From: Bacteroidales bacterium
Lineage (GTDB): Bacteria > Bacteroidota > Bacteroidia > Bacteroidales > UBA7960
Reading direction: 5' to 3'
Assembly: GCA_046291875.1 (NCBI GenBank)
Contig: JBKBSF010000014.1
Span: forward strand, 4,569-68,568
DNA length: 64,000 nt
Shown piece by piece: positions 37,145-47,659 of the stretch. Position numbers and translations under genes: made by a program. The notes under the pieces were generated by a model that was not told the origin of the DNA, did not search any database, and saw only the letters and a list, made by a program, of their open reading frames with translations. Numbering within the stretch: the first letter of the stretch is position 1; each line of letters opens with the position of its first letter.

Positions 37145-39544
37145 TTGAAAACAAAGACTATTTTACTCGCTGGGATACTTTTGCTGATGGGTTTAAGCCT
37201 AACCCAGGCCCAGAATGGCACCATAAGGGGTCGGGTGTTCAACGAAAAGAACAATGAGCCTCTTCCTTTCACCAACATTATCATTGAAGGCACCAATATT
37301 GGAAGCACCACCGACCTTGACGGCAATTTTATTTTTGCAGGACTGCAGCCTGGTTTTGTGAGGCTGCGTGTTTCGGCAGTGGGCTTTGAAGAGAGGGTAA
37401 CCGAAGACTTCCAGGTTTCCAATGTACGTGTAGCCACCATCGACATTGCCATGCGCGAACGTCAGTTTGAGCTGGAAGAAGTAGTGGTAGCTGCCTCACA
37501 GTTTCAACGCCGGGAGGAAAGTCCTGTATCGTTGCGCCGGTTGGGTATTTCGGAAATTGAACGCAACCCGGGAGGCAACCGCGACATCTCAAAGGTAATA
37601 CAGTCCTTGCCGGGGGTTGCCTTTACACCTGCTTTCCGCAACGACGTGATCATTCGCGGAGGTGGCCCCAACGAGAACAGGTTTTTCCTCGACGGAGTGG
37701 AGATCCCCAACCTCAACCACTTTGCCACACAAGGCTCAGGGGGTGGGCCTGTGGGTATCATCAATGTGGATTTTATCCGTGAGGTAGAAATGTACTCCTC
37801 TGCGTTCCCTGCCAACCGTGGCAATGCCCTTAGCTCGGTATTTGAATTCCGCCAGGTAAGAGGAAACAACGAAAGGCTTAATTTCAGAGGTGCCGTGGGG
37901 GCCAGCGACCTGGCTCTTACCCTCGATGGGCCCATTACCGACAATACCACCATGATCTTTTCGCTGCGCCGCTCTTACCTGCAGTTTCTGTTCAGTGTTA
38001 TCGGGCTGCCATTTCTGCCCACTTACAACGATTTCCAGTTTAAAACCGATACCCGCCTGAGCGATAAGGCAGAACTTACCGTAATTGGTATTGGAGCACT
38101 GGACCAGTTTCGTCTCAATCTGGATGCCAACGAAACCGAGGAACAAAGGTTTATCCTGGACTATCTGCCGGTAAACGAACAATGGAACTATACCATGGGG
38201 GTGGTTTACCGCAGATTCCGCACCAATGGGTTCGACCGGGTAGTGCTCAGCCGCAACATGCTGAGAAATTTTTCATGGAAATACCCCGACAATGATGAAT
38301 CCCGACCCCGCATTTTCGATTATGTTTCCGATGAGATCGAAAATAAAATCCGCTACGAGCGCACCACTCAAATGGGTCCATGGAGGTTTATATACGGTGC
38401 CGGGGGAGAATATGCAAAATACCTGGCCGACACCTACCGCGAAACATTCTTCCAGAATCAACTGGACACCATACAGTTTGATTCCTTCCTTGAGATGTAC
38501 AAAGGAAGTTTGTTTGGGCAGGTTACGCGCAACCTTTATAACGATAAGCTGAGTCTTTCCTTTGGCCTTCGCACCGACTTCAACAACTACTCCGCCAGCA
38601 TGGCCAATCCTTTCAACCAACTATCGCCGCGCCTTTCGGCCTCCTACAAGCTCAACGACCAATGGTCGCTCAGTGCCAGTACCGGCAGATTTTACCAGCT
38701 TCCCTCCTACACTACGCTGGGTTTCAGAGACAATCTGGGGGTGCTGAGGAATAAGGAGAATGATCTTACTTTCATTGGGGTAAACCATTATGTAACAGGT
38801 TTTGAATACCTGCCCACCCGCCAAACGAAAATTTCGCTGGAGGGCTTCTACAAGGCATACAGCAATTATCCCTTCTCAGTAAAAGACAGTGTAGCCATTG
38901 GCAGCAAAGCTGCAGATTTTGGTGTTTTTGGCGATGAAGAGGTTACCTCTACCAGCCGTGGGCGTGCTTACGGTGCCGAATTGCTCTATCGCGAACAGAG
39001 ATTTGAAGGGTTGAATATAATCCTTTCCTACACCTTTGTAAGAAGCGAATTTGAAAGCAAACGCACCAATAGTTTCATCCCCTCAGCCTGGGACAACCGG
39101 CATATCCTCAACGTTACCGCTACCCGCAAACTACCCCGCAACTGGGATGTGGGGGCCAAATTCCGCTTCTCCGGCGGTGCTCCCTACACCCCTTTCGACC
39201 TGGAGACCTCCTCGCGGGCTGAAGCATGGGACACCCAGCGCCTGGGATTTCTGGATTTCTCCAGTTTCAACTCACAACGTCTGCCGGGCTTCCATCAGCT
39301 CGACCTCAGGGTAGACAAAGGCTATTTCTTCAACAATTTCTCCCTGATGTTTTACCTGGATATACAGAATGTATACAATTTCCAGTCGCAACTGCCTCCC
39401 AACCTGTTGCGTGCTACCGACGAAAACGGCATGCCTCTTCCGGCACAGGCCGATGAAAACGGTGTAATGCGTTATCCATTGAAAGAGTTGCGTAACTTTA
39501 CCGGCAACGTATTACCCACCATAGGCATTATGTTCGAATTTTAA
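37145..39544 (+). CDS. TonB-dependent outer-membrane receptor (carboxypeptidase-regulatory-like N-domain, plug and barrel)
   Basis: Signal peptide; GTIRGRVFNEKNNEPLPFTNIIIEGTNIGSTTDLDGNFIF (CarbopepD_reg-like); plug region; C-terminal …GIMFEF. Confidence 0.85.
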   Translation: MKTKTILLAGILLLMGLSLTQAQNGTIRGRVFNEKNNEPLPFTNIIIEGTNIGSTTDLDGNFIFAGLQPGFVRLRVSAVGFEERVTEDFQVSNVRVATIDIAMRERQFELEEVVVAASQFQRREESPVSLRRLGISEIERNPGGNRDISKVIQSLPGVAFTPAFRNDVIIRGGGPNENRFFLDGVEIPNLNHFATQGSGGGPVGIINVDFIREVEMYSSAFPANRGNALSSVFEFRQVRGNNERLNFRGAVGASDLALTLDGPITDNTTMIFSLRRSYLQFLFSVIGLPFLPTYNDFQFKTDTRLSDKAELTVIGIGALDQFRLNLDANETEEQRFILDYLPVNEQWNYTMGVVYRRFRTNGFDRVVLSRNMLRNFSWKYPDNDESRPRIFDYVSDEIENKIRYERTTQMGPWRFIYGAGGEYAKYLADTYRETFFQNQLDTIQFDSFLEMYKGSLFGQVTRNLYNDKLSLSFGLRTDFNNYSASMANPFNQLSPRLSASYKLNDQWSLSASTGRFYQLPSYTTLGFRDNLGVLRNKENDLTFIGVNHYVTGFEYLPTRQTKISLEGFYKAYSNYPFSVKDSVAIGSKAADFGVFGDEEVTSTSRGRAYGAELLYREQRFEGLNIILSYTFVRSEFESKRTNSFIPSAWDNRHILNVTATRKLPRNWDVGAKFRFSGGAPYTPFDLETSSRAEAWDTQRLGFLDFSSFNSQRLPGFHQLDLRVDKGYFFNNFSLMFYLDIQNVYNFQSQLPPNLLRATDENGMPLPAQADENGVMRYPLKELRNFTGNVLPTIGIMFEF

Positions 39545-39555
39545 AAAACAAAACC

Positions 39556-40335
39556 ATGCATACCCCAAGATATTTTACCAGCTTTTTAATCCTTTTGGTA
39601 CTCTTGCCACTGGTTACTTCTTTTATGGCCGACACTGGCCCTGCACAAAGATGGTGGCAACGCAAAAGACAAGTGGCCCCCCCCGAGCGTATCACTACCC
39701 TGGAAGAGAAAAACGGAATTCAACTGGAGATCGTTTTCGCCAAAGGACGGGCACACAACCACCCTTTGATGGCATTCTGGATTGAGGACACCATGGGCGG
39801 ATATATCCATAGCCTGTATGTGGCAGAATCCATTGCCAAAGGCTACTTCCGCCATGGCGATGCATCTACCGGACGCTGGGAACCCGGCCCGCTTCGCCGC
39901 CCTGCCGCTCTGCCCTACTGGGGGCATAAACGGGGTGTAAAAGCTCCCGACGGCTATTTCATCCCCACACAAGACAATCCCATGCCTGATGCAGTAACAG
40001 GGCCTACACCCAAATCCAGTTTTGTATTGCATACACGCCTGCGCCATGCAGAGCCCAGGGTTTTCAACCTGCTGATGGAGATCAACCAGTCGTGGGACTG
40101 GAACCGCCACTGGCACAACAACCGTTTCCCCGACGATCCGCACTACAAAACCTCCAGCCAACCTGCGCTGGTGTATATGGCCACCATCGACCTGAATTCT
40201 CCCCAAAGAGAATTTATAATGAGACCCATAGGCCACAGCCACTGGTCGGGTGCTACAGGGGAACTGTTCAAAGACCTAAGTACCATAACCACCGCATTGC
40301 AGATTGCAGACCAGGTAACCGTGAGAATTCCCTGA
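39556..40335 (+). CDS. Secreted hypothetical protein downstream of the TonB receptor (possibly DUF2271-like)
   Basis: Signal peptide; …LMAFWIEDTMGGYIHSLYV… region; I have no firm family assignment. Confidence 0.4.
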   Translation: MHTPRYFTSFLILLVLLPLVTSFMADTGPAQRWWQRKRQVAPPERITTLEEKNGIQLEIVFAKGRAHNHPLMAFWIEDTMGGYIHSLYVAESIAKGYFRHGDASTGRWEPGPLRRPAALPYWGHKRGVKAPDGYFIPTQDNPMPDAVTGPTPKSSFVLHTRLRHAEPRVFNLLMEINQSWDWNRHWHNNRFPDDPHYKTSSQPALVYMATIDLNSPQREFIMRPIGHSHWSGATGELFKDLSTITTALQIADQVTVRIP

Positions 40336-40356
40336 TCGGCAAAACTACCGATTTTC

Positions 40357-40412
40357 AAACCTTCCTGCTGCCAGCTCCCGAAGCCATGCAGGAAGGTTTG
40401 TCTTTTATATTT
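40357..40412 (+). terminator. Rho-independent terminator
   Basis: Perfect 12-bp stem aaaccttcctgc / gcaggaaggttt with a 19-nt loop, followed by a T-rich tract. Confidence 0.75.
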
Positions 40413-40462
40413 CCTACCCAAAAACGGGTTAAAATTTTTCTGTTCCCCCCTTTTTTAGTATT

Positions 40463-41644
40463 TTGGGCGCACAGGCACAATTCAGCACTATGGAATTACT
40501 CAACAACCAACAGCTAAAAGACTTGCTCTCGCTGCGCAAACAGCTCCACCAGAACCCCGAATTGTCGGGGCAGGAGAAAGAAACCTCTTCCACTCTGGAG
40601 AGTTTCCTGCGCCAGACCTCACCCCAAAAGCTCATTACCGGACTTGGGGGCTACGGGCTGGCAGGGGTGTATGTTTTCGACACAAAAGGACCCACCATAC
40701 TTGTGCGAGCCGATATGGATGCACTCCCCATTGAAGAGGTAAATACCTTTGGCCATAAATCGCGAAATCCAGGTGTATCGCACAAATGCGGGCACGATGG
40801 CCACAGTGCTGTTTTGGCCGGGCTGGCCCTGGCACTTGCCCACAAGCCTCTGAATGCCGGCAGGGTGGTATTGCTGTTTCAACCTGAAGAGGAAACCGGG
40901 CAGGGCGCCGCCAAGGTAATTGCTGATGAGGCTTTCCGAATGATTCAGCCCGACTTTGCACTGGCATGGCACAATTTGCCCGGCTATGAAAAAGCGGCCG
41001 TGGTATTGCGCGAAGGCCCTTTTGCAGCTGCTTCTACAGGCATGATAGTAAAAATTGCAGGAGCCTCCAGTCATGCCGCCCATCCGGAGCAGGGCAACAG
41101 CCCCGCGGCAATGCTGGCAGAAGCGATGCTCCAACTGCCCCGGATACCCTCCCTCAAAGCTGATCTTTTTCAGGATTTCGCCCTGGCAACCATCATCCAT
41201 GCAAAACTGGGTGAAGTAGCCTTTGGCACCAATCCCGGAAAAGCGGTGCTGATGGCTACACTTAGAACATTCCTCAATGCCGATATGAAGGTGCTGAAAA
41301 AGCAGGCCGAAATCCTTTGCAAAACCCTTGCAGAAGAACACAAACTGAAGATCGAAATTGAATGGACAGAGGAGTTTCCGGCAACCATCAACAATCCTGA
41401 CCTGGTAAAAACCATTGCCCGCGTGAGCGAAAATCTGGGCGAGAAGGTGATACACATAGAAGAGCCCTTCCGCTGGTCGGAAGATTTTGGTCATTTCACC
41501 AGCCACTTCAAGGCAGCACTCCTGGGTATGGGCAGCGGTACCGATAGTCCGGGGCTGCACAACAGCGATTACGATTTCCCCGACGAGATCCTCCCCCATG
41601 TAGTGCAGGTATTGTATCATACGGTTAAGAAACTGATAGAATAA
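40463..41644 (+). CDS. M20D-family amidohydrolase (N-acyl-amino-acid / hippurate hydrolase type)
   Basis: …VRADMDALPIEEVN…HKCGHDGH…PEEETGQGA… metal-binding motifs. Confidence 0.8.
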   Translation: MGAQAQFSTMELLNNQQLKDLLSLRKQLHQNPELSGQEKETSSTLESFLRQTSPQKLITGLGGYGLAGVYVFDTKGPTILVRADMDALPIEEVNTFGHKSRNPGVSHKCGHDGHSAVLAGLALALAHKPLNAGRVVLLFQPEEETGQGAAKVIADEAFRMIQPDFALAWHNLPGYEKAAVVLREGPFAAASTGMIVKIAGASSHAAHPEQGNSPAAMLAEAMLQLPRIPSLKADLFQDFALATIIHAKLGEVAFGTNPGKAVLMATLRTFLNADMKVLKKQAEILCKTLAEEHKLKIEIEWTEEFPATINNPDLVKTIARVSENLGEKVIHIEEPFRWSEDFGHFTSHFKAALLGMGSGTDSPGLHNSDYDFPDEILPHVVQVLYHTVKKLIE

Positions 41645-41655
41645 ACCCCTATGCC

Positions 41656-42807
41656 ATGTTCCATACTTCTCACATCGAAATCAGCCGCTCGGCCTATCGG
41701 AAAAACATCAGGTACCTGCGTAAGGTAGTGGGCGAGAAACCTGTTATTTCATCGGTAATAAAGGGCAATGCCTATGGGCATGGTATAGAGCATATGGTGC
41801 CGTTGGCGGAAGGTGCCGGATTGAAGCATTTCAGCGTGTTTTCAGCCTCTGAGGCGTTGCAGGTGTGCAGAGTAAAAAAGCCAACCTCCGACGTTATGAT
41901 CATGGGTCATCTGGATGATGAGCAGATAGAATGGGCCATAGAGCATGAGGTGGAATTTTTTGTCTTCGACCCCGAGAGGCTGGAAAAATGTCTTGAAATG
42001 GCCCGCAAACTCAATAAGCCCGCCAGGATACATATTGAAGCCGAAACAGGATTCAACCGAACAGGTTTCGACTACAATTATCTGCCAGAACTGATGAAAA
42101 CATTGCAATCTCACCGGGAGCATTTCATCTTCGAAGGCCTTTGCACCCATTATGCAGGGGCAGAAAGTATTGCCAATTATGTGCGTGTACGGGAGCAGAT
42201 CTCTTTGTACAAGAAGTTCTACAAGTTTTTCTGGCGCCACCAGCTTATCCCCAATAAGAAACATACGGCATGCTCGGCGGCAGTGCTGAGCTATCCGACC
42301 ACCATCATGGATATGGTGCGCATCGGCATTGCCCAGTATGGCTTCTGGCCGAGCCCCGAAACCCAGATGTTTCGCTTCCATAAGGACCCTACCGACGACA
42401 ACCCGCTACGCAGGCTCATTTCCTGGAAAAGCCGGGTGATGGTGGTAAAAGAAGTGGAAGCAGGCGACTTTGTGGGATACGGCTCCAGTTACCTTGCCAA
42501 CAAAAAGATGAAGATTGCCATTGTGCCCGTGGGTTACAGCAACGGATTCAGCAGATCATTGTCCAACATGGGCCGGGTGCTTATACGTGGTAAACGGGTG
42601 CCGGTAATTGGCACCGTAACCATGAACACCATGACGGTAAATGTAACTGACATTCCCCATGTGGAGAAAGGCGATGAGGTGGTGCTCATTGGTAATCAAA
42701 AACGGTTGAGCATCAGTGTGGCCTCCTTTTCTGAGATGAGCAATGAGCTCAATTACCAGACCCTGACCCGCCTTCCGGCAGATATACCCCGCCAGGTGGT
42801 GAAATGA
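41656..42807 (+). CDS. alr: Alanine racemase
   Basis: PLP-lysine motif SVIKGNAYGHG; overall fold-type III length and C-terminal domain. Confidence 0.85.
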   Translation: MFHTSHIEISRSAYRKNIRYLRKVVGEKPVISSVIKGNAYGHGIEHMVPLAEGAGLKHFSVFSASEALQVCRVKKPTSDVMIMGHLDDEQIEWAIEHEVEFFVFDPERLEKCLEMARKLNKPARIHIEAETGFNRTGFDYNYLPELMKTLQSHREHFIFEGLCTHYAGAESIANYVRVREQISLYKKFYKFFWRHQLIPNKKHTACSAAVLSYPTTIMDMVRIGIAQYGFWPSPETQMFRFHKDPTDDNPLRRLISWKSRVMVVKEVEAGDFVGYGSSYLANKKMKIAIVPVGYSNGFSRSLSNMGRVLIRGKRVPVIGTVTMNTMTVNVTDIPHVEKGDEVVLIGNQKRLSISVASFSEMSNELNYQTLTRLPADIPRQVVK

Positions 42808-42817
42808 ATTTATCTCC

Positions 42818-45800
42818 TCACCCTTTTTTCTTCTCACTGAGCACTTTGCGAATGCCCTCCAGGCTATCCACAAACAAAGTCATCTGACCAATCACCTGTG
42901 CCATACGGTCGGCATCGCCCAGGCCCCTGATGCGATTATTTTTCACAAAAGTATCCTTGATGAGCTGCCAGCGTTGTTGGCGTATTTCGTCCAGAAGTTC
43001 CATAATCTCGAAAAGCTTGAGCATATTGGCTTCGGCTCCGGAGGTGAGGGTTTGCGATTCGTTCTGATAATGGCTCAGAAGCAATTGCAGCACCTCTTCA
43101 TCATTGAGGATCGGCACAACCTGGCTCATGAGCTTGTTCATATCGCGGTAAGACCCCTGGAGTTTGAAGGGAGGCTCCACACGATAATCGTCGGCCATGG
43201 CAGCAGAAGCAATGTATTGTGCATTCACTTTGAGTACCACATCGCGGATTTGCATACACTTTTTGAGTACCTGCACACAATCCTGGATCTCCTGCGTGGA
43301 GAGGTTCCCCTCCATATCGGGCAATGCACCCTCCTCATTCTCAACAAAACGAACCAGCTTGTAAAGGTTTTCCATGCTGAATCGGGTAAGCGATTTGAGG
43401 AATGGATTGGAGGTGAGCCCATTCTCGATAAGGCTCAGGTTAAACAGATCCTGGCGGTTGGTGGTCATATCTCCCAGGTTGTAAATATCGGCCCGGTTGG
43501 AGAGCATATCGGGTATCTGGAATTTCTCTCCACTTTCGGTATAGGGGTTTCCGGCCATCACCACACAAAAACGTTTGCCTCTGAAATCGTAGGTTTTGGC
43601 CTGCCCGTTGTATACCCCATCCATTTTGCGCTGGGCATCGGACAGGGAAATAAATTTCTGCAGAAACTCGGTGTTGCAATGCTGTATATCATCCAGGTAG
43701 AGCATTACATTATCGCTCATTTCAAAGGCAAGGTTGAGCTTCTGGAGCTCCTGCCGTGCAGCAGCATTGCGAGCTTCCGCAGGATCTACCGAAGTGATCT
43801 CGTGCCCCAGCGAAGGCCCGTTGATCTTCATAAAGATCAAACCCAAACGATCGGCAACATATTCCATCAGGGTGGTTTTCCCATAGCCCGGAGGGGAGAT
43901 CAACAGAAGCATCCCCGAGCGGTCGGAGCGTTTATCCTGTCCATAAGCTCCGATCTGCCTTGCAAAGTTGGCACCTATAAGCGGGAAATATACTTCGTTG
44001 ATGAGCTTGTTGCGCACAAAAGAGGTAAGCACCTGTGTTTTGAACTCATGAAGCCGAAGGTTTTTCTTCTTCTCTTCAATCAACTGGTGTTTAAGCTGTT
44101 GCAGCTGCAGGAAACGCGGTTGTACAACCTGAATGAAGTGGCGCAAACGATCTGACAGCCGATGAAAATCGAACACATAAACCTTATCGCTGGCATCTGC
44201 CGGCAACGACCGCAATCCTTCTATGTTTTGCACCCCGCTCAGATGCAGTATATAATCCGGTTCGGAAGAATCGGGCATAAGACACGAAGTAAGCTCATCG
44301 ATGAGATATCCTTTGGCTTTCTTGCCTTTGGCATTGAGGAATGTGGTAACCCAGGAACGAGAGAGATGCCAAAGGGCCTCCGGAAAGGGTTCCAGCCCTT
44401 TCTGGGCTTCTGCAAAGATGATGTCTGCATTTTTCTCGCGCAGGTATTTTTTGAAATCCTTCAGCAGGTCAGCGGCATGTTTATCCAGGGCAAATCCGGG
44501 AGTGGCCTGCTCTTCGGCCAGGTAGGTTGCTGCAAGCAACGGGTCGGTTTCGGTAAAGAGCTGATGCTCCTGCGAGAAAGCAGTAATAGACTGAGCCAGC
44601 TTGGCAAGAAGGTGCTTGTAGTTTTCTTTTTGCTCAAACACCTGCTGCATCAGGTTGATAAACACAAACTGCTTTTTGAAATAGTCCTTTTTGTCCTGGG
44701 GTGCATAGTACCAGAAGATCCTGGCCAGCACCCTGGCGGCAGCCGGATATCGAAGCATCCCCAGGTCGCGGTGTTTTTCGAGCAGGTTCTGCAGCAGTGG
44801 CAATGCATCGCTGTCGTGCACCCCTTTTACAAATCCTTCACCGTAATTCGATCCCATATAGTCGGCAATGGCTTGTACCAACTGTTTCTCTTCATAGATT
44901 TTGTAGGGGTCGAGGTTTTCAAACACTTTCCAGGCCAGGTATTCGGCCCTGGCCACCAGGCGGTTTTCTGAGGGCAGCTGCTGCTCCCATACATCCTGCA
45001 ACTGATCTATGATGGCACTGTTGATGGGCTCGTAAAAGGAGGTGCCGGTAAGATGGTAAAAGTAGCTGCGATCTTTCAGAACCAGGGTCAGATCGAGGGG
45101 TTGGGTATTTACGGCAAACCGGTGTTCACCCATACGGATCACATTGTCGCCATCTTCAAAAAGCTCTTTGCGATCTTTCAGGGCCCGCACAGACTCCTGC
45201 TGCAAAACCTGTATCTGGTTGCGAAGGTCTTCAGATTTAGCAGAGTCATCAAGCTTCTCCAGCTGATCGGCAATGTCTCTTACTTTCTCGATCATCAGAT
45301 CGGATGCGAAATATCCGTTGATCTCGGTTTCGGAGGTAAGGCTCTTTGCCTTGTTGGCAATCCCTTTGAGGATTCGCTGGGCAGATCCGAACAAGGTATT
45401 GGTGCGGCGGTTGCGGGCTTCGGTCAGACTCACCTTCCGGGTTTCGAAGGCAGCATATACAGCCTCACGCTTTTCGGTGATCTTTTCGGAAAAATCTTCA
45501 TAATCGGCAAACTTACCCTCCAGCTCTTCAAGCTGTATGGAGAGCCGCGTAAGATACTCATCGCATTTGGCAGGTTCGGTGGCCAGCTCCATAAAGTTTA
45601 CCACCGACTGTTCAAAAAGGGTCATCTGTGCCTGGAAGTCGGCACGTGCTTCCTTCTCGCCCAATTGCCGGCGTTTGTTGTTCAGGGCCTGGCGCTGCTG
45701 ATTGAGGCGTGAGAAAATCAGGGAGATATTCTCAATGATTTTGGTGGAATGCGAAGTATCTTCAATCTTAAGGTTGTTGATGATATCGATGAGCAGTTCA

Positions 45801-47659
45801 AGCTTTTGTGCCAGCTCATCGAAGCGGGTTTCGAGCTTGCGGGCATCTACCACTTTGGTAAGTTGCTCCACCATGCCCTCCAGCTCATCCATGCTTTGCT
45901 GGTAGTAGGCCAGAGCATTGTCTTGCAGCAGAAAATCCACACAACCACTGGCAAGCAATTCAGCCCTTTCGGCAATTTGTTTTTCCAGGGCAGCCACCAC
46001 CTCCATGTTGATATAGCGCAGGTTGCGCAGGCCAATGATCTCTCCCCTGATACCCCGCATGCGGGCCAGCAGAGAAACATACTGATCGAGGGTATCGAAG
46101 CTGGCACTGCGGGTATCAAAGAGGATCTTTTCCACCGTTTGGGAAACTTTCTCCAGTGCTGCAGCCGTATTGCGCCTTATCTGCACCACCTTCTCAAACT
46201 CATCGATGGCCGACATGGCAACCTTCCTGAGTTGTTTGAGCGGCTGCTGCAGGCCTGCCCCGGTTTCATTCTTAAGCCAGAAGTAGCCATCCATGATCGC
46301 CTGGCTCTTCTGCAAAATATCTTTGTAAAGACCCTGGTAGGAGTCCTCTTTGCTGAGCAAAACGATGAGTTCCTGTACCTCGGCCATTGCCTTTACAATG
46401 GCCTTGTTGCCGATCTTGTAAAGCTCGTGGTCCTGGTACTGGGTACCGGGCAATACCTCACGGGTGTAAGGTGTTTGCCAGATCTGGATCAGGTGGTGCC
46501 TGCCAGGATCGGTTTCTTTGTTGAAATAGCACAGCTCGCCCTTATCGAACAAGGTATAACCATTGCAGAAGATGGGCGTTTTTACGGTTTGCTCAATAAC
46601 GTTGTACGACAAAATAACAAAGTCGTGGTTCTTCTCTTCGTAAAACACAAAAAGAAAATCCTCGCCATTGGGCGACTGTATCCTTTGGAGGAATTTAACC
46701 CCTTCGATGCGCCTGTCGAAGATCTTGTATTCGCCCGTTTGCAGGTAATAGCCGTTGGAGAGGATGATCCCCTGATCGTCGGGCAACAAAATACCCGCAT
46801 CTCTGAGAGTATCTACCCTTACCACATTTTTAATCCGATGGTTGAAAATGAAGTAGCGATCCTCTTCCAGGTAAGGTTTAATTTTGAGCAACACAATATT
46901 TCCCAGGTCGCAGAAATGGATCTCACCATCATCGAGCGACTGGTCTTTTTGCTCTACATCTTCACGGTAAATCCCCAGGCCATCTTCGGTATTGTCTTCC
47001 ACCTTTATGGTAAGATCTCCCTGTACGGTTTCCACAAACACTTTGTCGGCAATGGATACATGAGGATTTTTGCCTATCCGCTGCATATCGCGTGTGGCTT
47101 TGGTCCAGGTAAACTCATGCTGATTGGGAAAACGAACCTCTGCAGCACTGCGCGAGTCTATATATACCAGTTCGGTATCGCGGATCAGCCATTTGAATGC
47201 TTTAACATCGGAGGGGCTGTCGGAGAGCTGGAAGAGCATGTAGAGGAAGTTTTCGCGGACGGCGAATCGGGAAAACCGGGTATGGCGAAAGAACTTATAG
47301 AGGTTCTGTAGCTCATTGGCAAAATCCTTATCCTTAATGATATCCAGAGGTGCCGGATGAAACTCGTTTTCCTGGAATTTGTAAACACTGAAAACATCAG
47401 AGATCTCCAGAATAGTTTTCAACCCCAGCCTTACGTTGTATCCCAGGAGGCATACCCCGGCAACTGATACCAGGTCGCGGGCCAGGCAGTGGTGTTCGGT
47501 ATCTACCCTTACATTGGAAACCAGTTTAAAGTCGATGGCCCCAAATACTTTCTGGCGCTCTTTGTTGAGGAGTTGAAGCTGTTCGGCAAGCGCGCGGCGT
47601 TGTTCCTGCAGGCGGCTCTGTATGATTTCGTATGTACCTTTTTCTATTGTGTTGTCCAT
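42818..47659 (-). CDS. Giant (1613 aa) protein with a MoxR/AAA_5-class AAA+ ATPase module near the C-terminus, a long central coiled-coil region and a large N-terminal region of unknown fold
   Basis: Walker A LLLISPPGYGKTTLMEY (about nt 43871-43900), Walker B VMLYLDDIQHCN (about 43683-43700), MoxR-like sensor region FCVVMAGNPYTESGEKFQIPDMLSNRADI. Start taken at the ATG 47659 (MDNTIEK) rather than the ORF-track 47728. It lies co-directional with, and 94 bp downstream of, the flotillin gene. Confidence 0.7.
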   Translation of the reverse strand: MDNTIEKGTYEIIQSRLQEQRRALAEQLQLLNKERQKVFGAIDFKLVSNVRVDTEHHCLARDLVSVAGVCLLGYNVRLGLKTILEISDVFSVYKFQENEFHPAPLDIIKDKDFANELQNLYKFFRHTRFSRFAVRENFLYMLFQLSDSPSDVKAFKWLIRDTELVYIDSRSAAEVRFPNQHEFTWTKATRDMQRIGKNPHVSIADKVFVETVQGDLTIKVEDNTEDGLGIYREDVEQKDQSLDDGEIHFCDLGNIVLLKIKPYLEEDRYFIFNHRIKNVVRVDTLRDAGILLPDDQGIILSNGYYLQTGEYKIFDRRIEGVKFLQRIQSPNGEDFLFVFYEEKNHDFVILSYNVIEQTVKTPIFCNGYTLFDKGELCYFNKETDPGRHHLIQIWQTPYTREVLPGTQYQDHELYKIGNKAIVKAMAEVQELIVLLSKEDSYQGLYKDILQKSQAIMDGYFWLKNETGAGLQQPLKQLRKVAMSAIDEFEKVVQIRRNTAAALEKVSQTVEKILFDTRSASFDTLDQYVSLLARMRGIRGEIIGLRNLRYINMEVVAALEKQIAERAELLASGCVDFLLQDNALAYYQQSMDELEGMVEQLTKVVDARKLETRFDELAQKLELLIDIINNLKIEDTSHSTKIIENISLIFSRLNQQRQALNNKRRQLGEKEARADFQAQMTLFEQSVVNFMELATEPAKCDEYLTRLSIQLEELEGKFADYEDFSEKITEKREAVYAAFETRKVSLTEARNRRTNTLFGSAQRILKGIANKAKSLTSETEINGYFASDLMIEKVRDIADQLEKLDDSAKSEDLRNQIQVLQQESVRALKDRKELFEDGDNVIRMGEHRFAVNTQPLDLTLVLKDRSYFYHLTGTSFYEPINSAIIDQLQDVWEQQLPSENRLVARAEYLAWKVFENLDPYKIYEEKQLVQAIADYMGSNYGEGFVKGVHDSDALPLLQNLLEKHRDLGMLRYPAAARVLARIFWYYAPQDKKDYFKKQFVFINLMQQVFEQKENYKHLLAKLAQSITAFSQEHQLFTETDPLLAATYLAEEQATPGFALDKHAADLLKDFKKYLREKNADIIFAEAQKGLEPFPEALWHLSRSWVTTFLNAKGKKAKGYLIDELTSCLMPDSSEPDYILHLSGVQNIEGLRSLPADASDKVYVFDFHRLSDRLRHFIQVVQPRFLQLQQLKHQLIEEKKKNLRLHEFKTQVLTSFVRNKLINEVYFPLIGANFARQIGAYGQDKRSDRSGMLLLISPPGYGKTTLMEYVADRLGLIFMKINGPSLGHEITSVDPAEARNAAARQELQKLNLAFEMSDNVMLYLDDIQHCNTEFLQKFISLSDAQRKMDGVYNGQAKTYDFRGKRFCVVMAGNPYTESGEKFQIPDMLSNRADIYNLGDMTTNRQDLFNLSLIENGLTSNPFLKSLTRFSMENLYKLVRFVENEEGALPDMEGNLSTQEIQDCVQVLKKCMQIRDVVLKVNAQYIASAAMADDYRVEPPFKLQGSYRDMNKLMSQVVPILNDEEVLQLLLSHYQNESQTLTSGAEANMLKLFEIMELLDEIRQQRWQLIKDTFVKNNRIRGLGDADRMAQVIGQMTLFVDSLEGIRKVLSEKKKG

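Noticed and set aside
42974-47311. Series of long plus-strand ORFs (393, 269, 219 and 520 aa) overlapping the giant ATPase gene
   Set aside because: All are antisense to the 1613-aa gene, which carries canonical Walker motifs in frame; the antisense ORFs are low-complexity and lack motifs.
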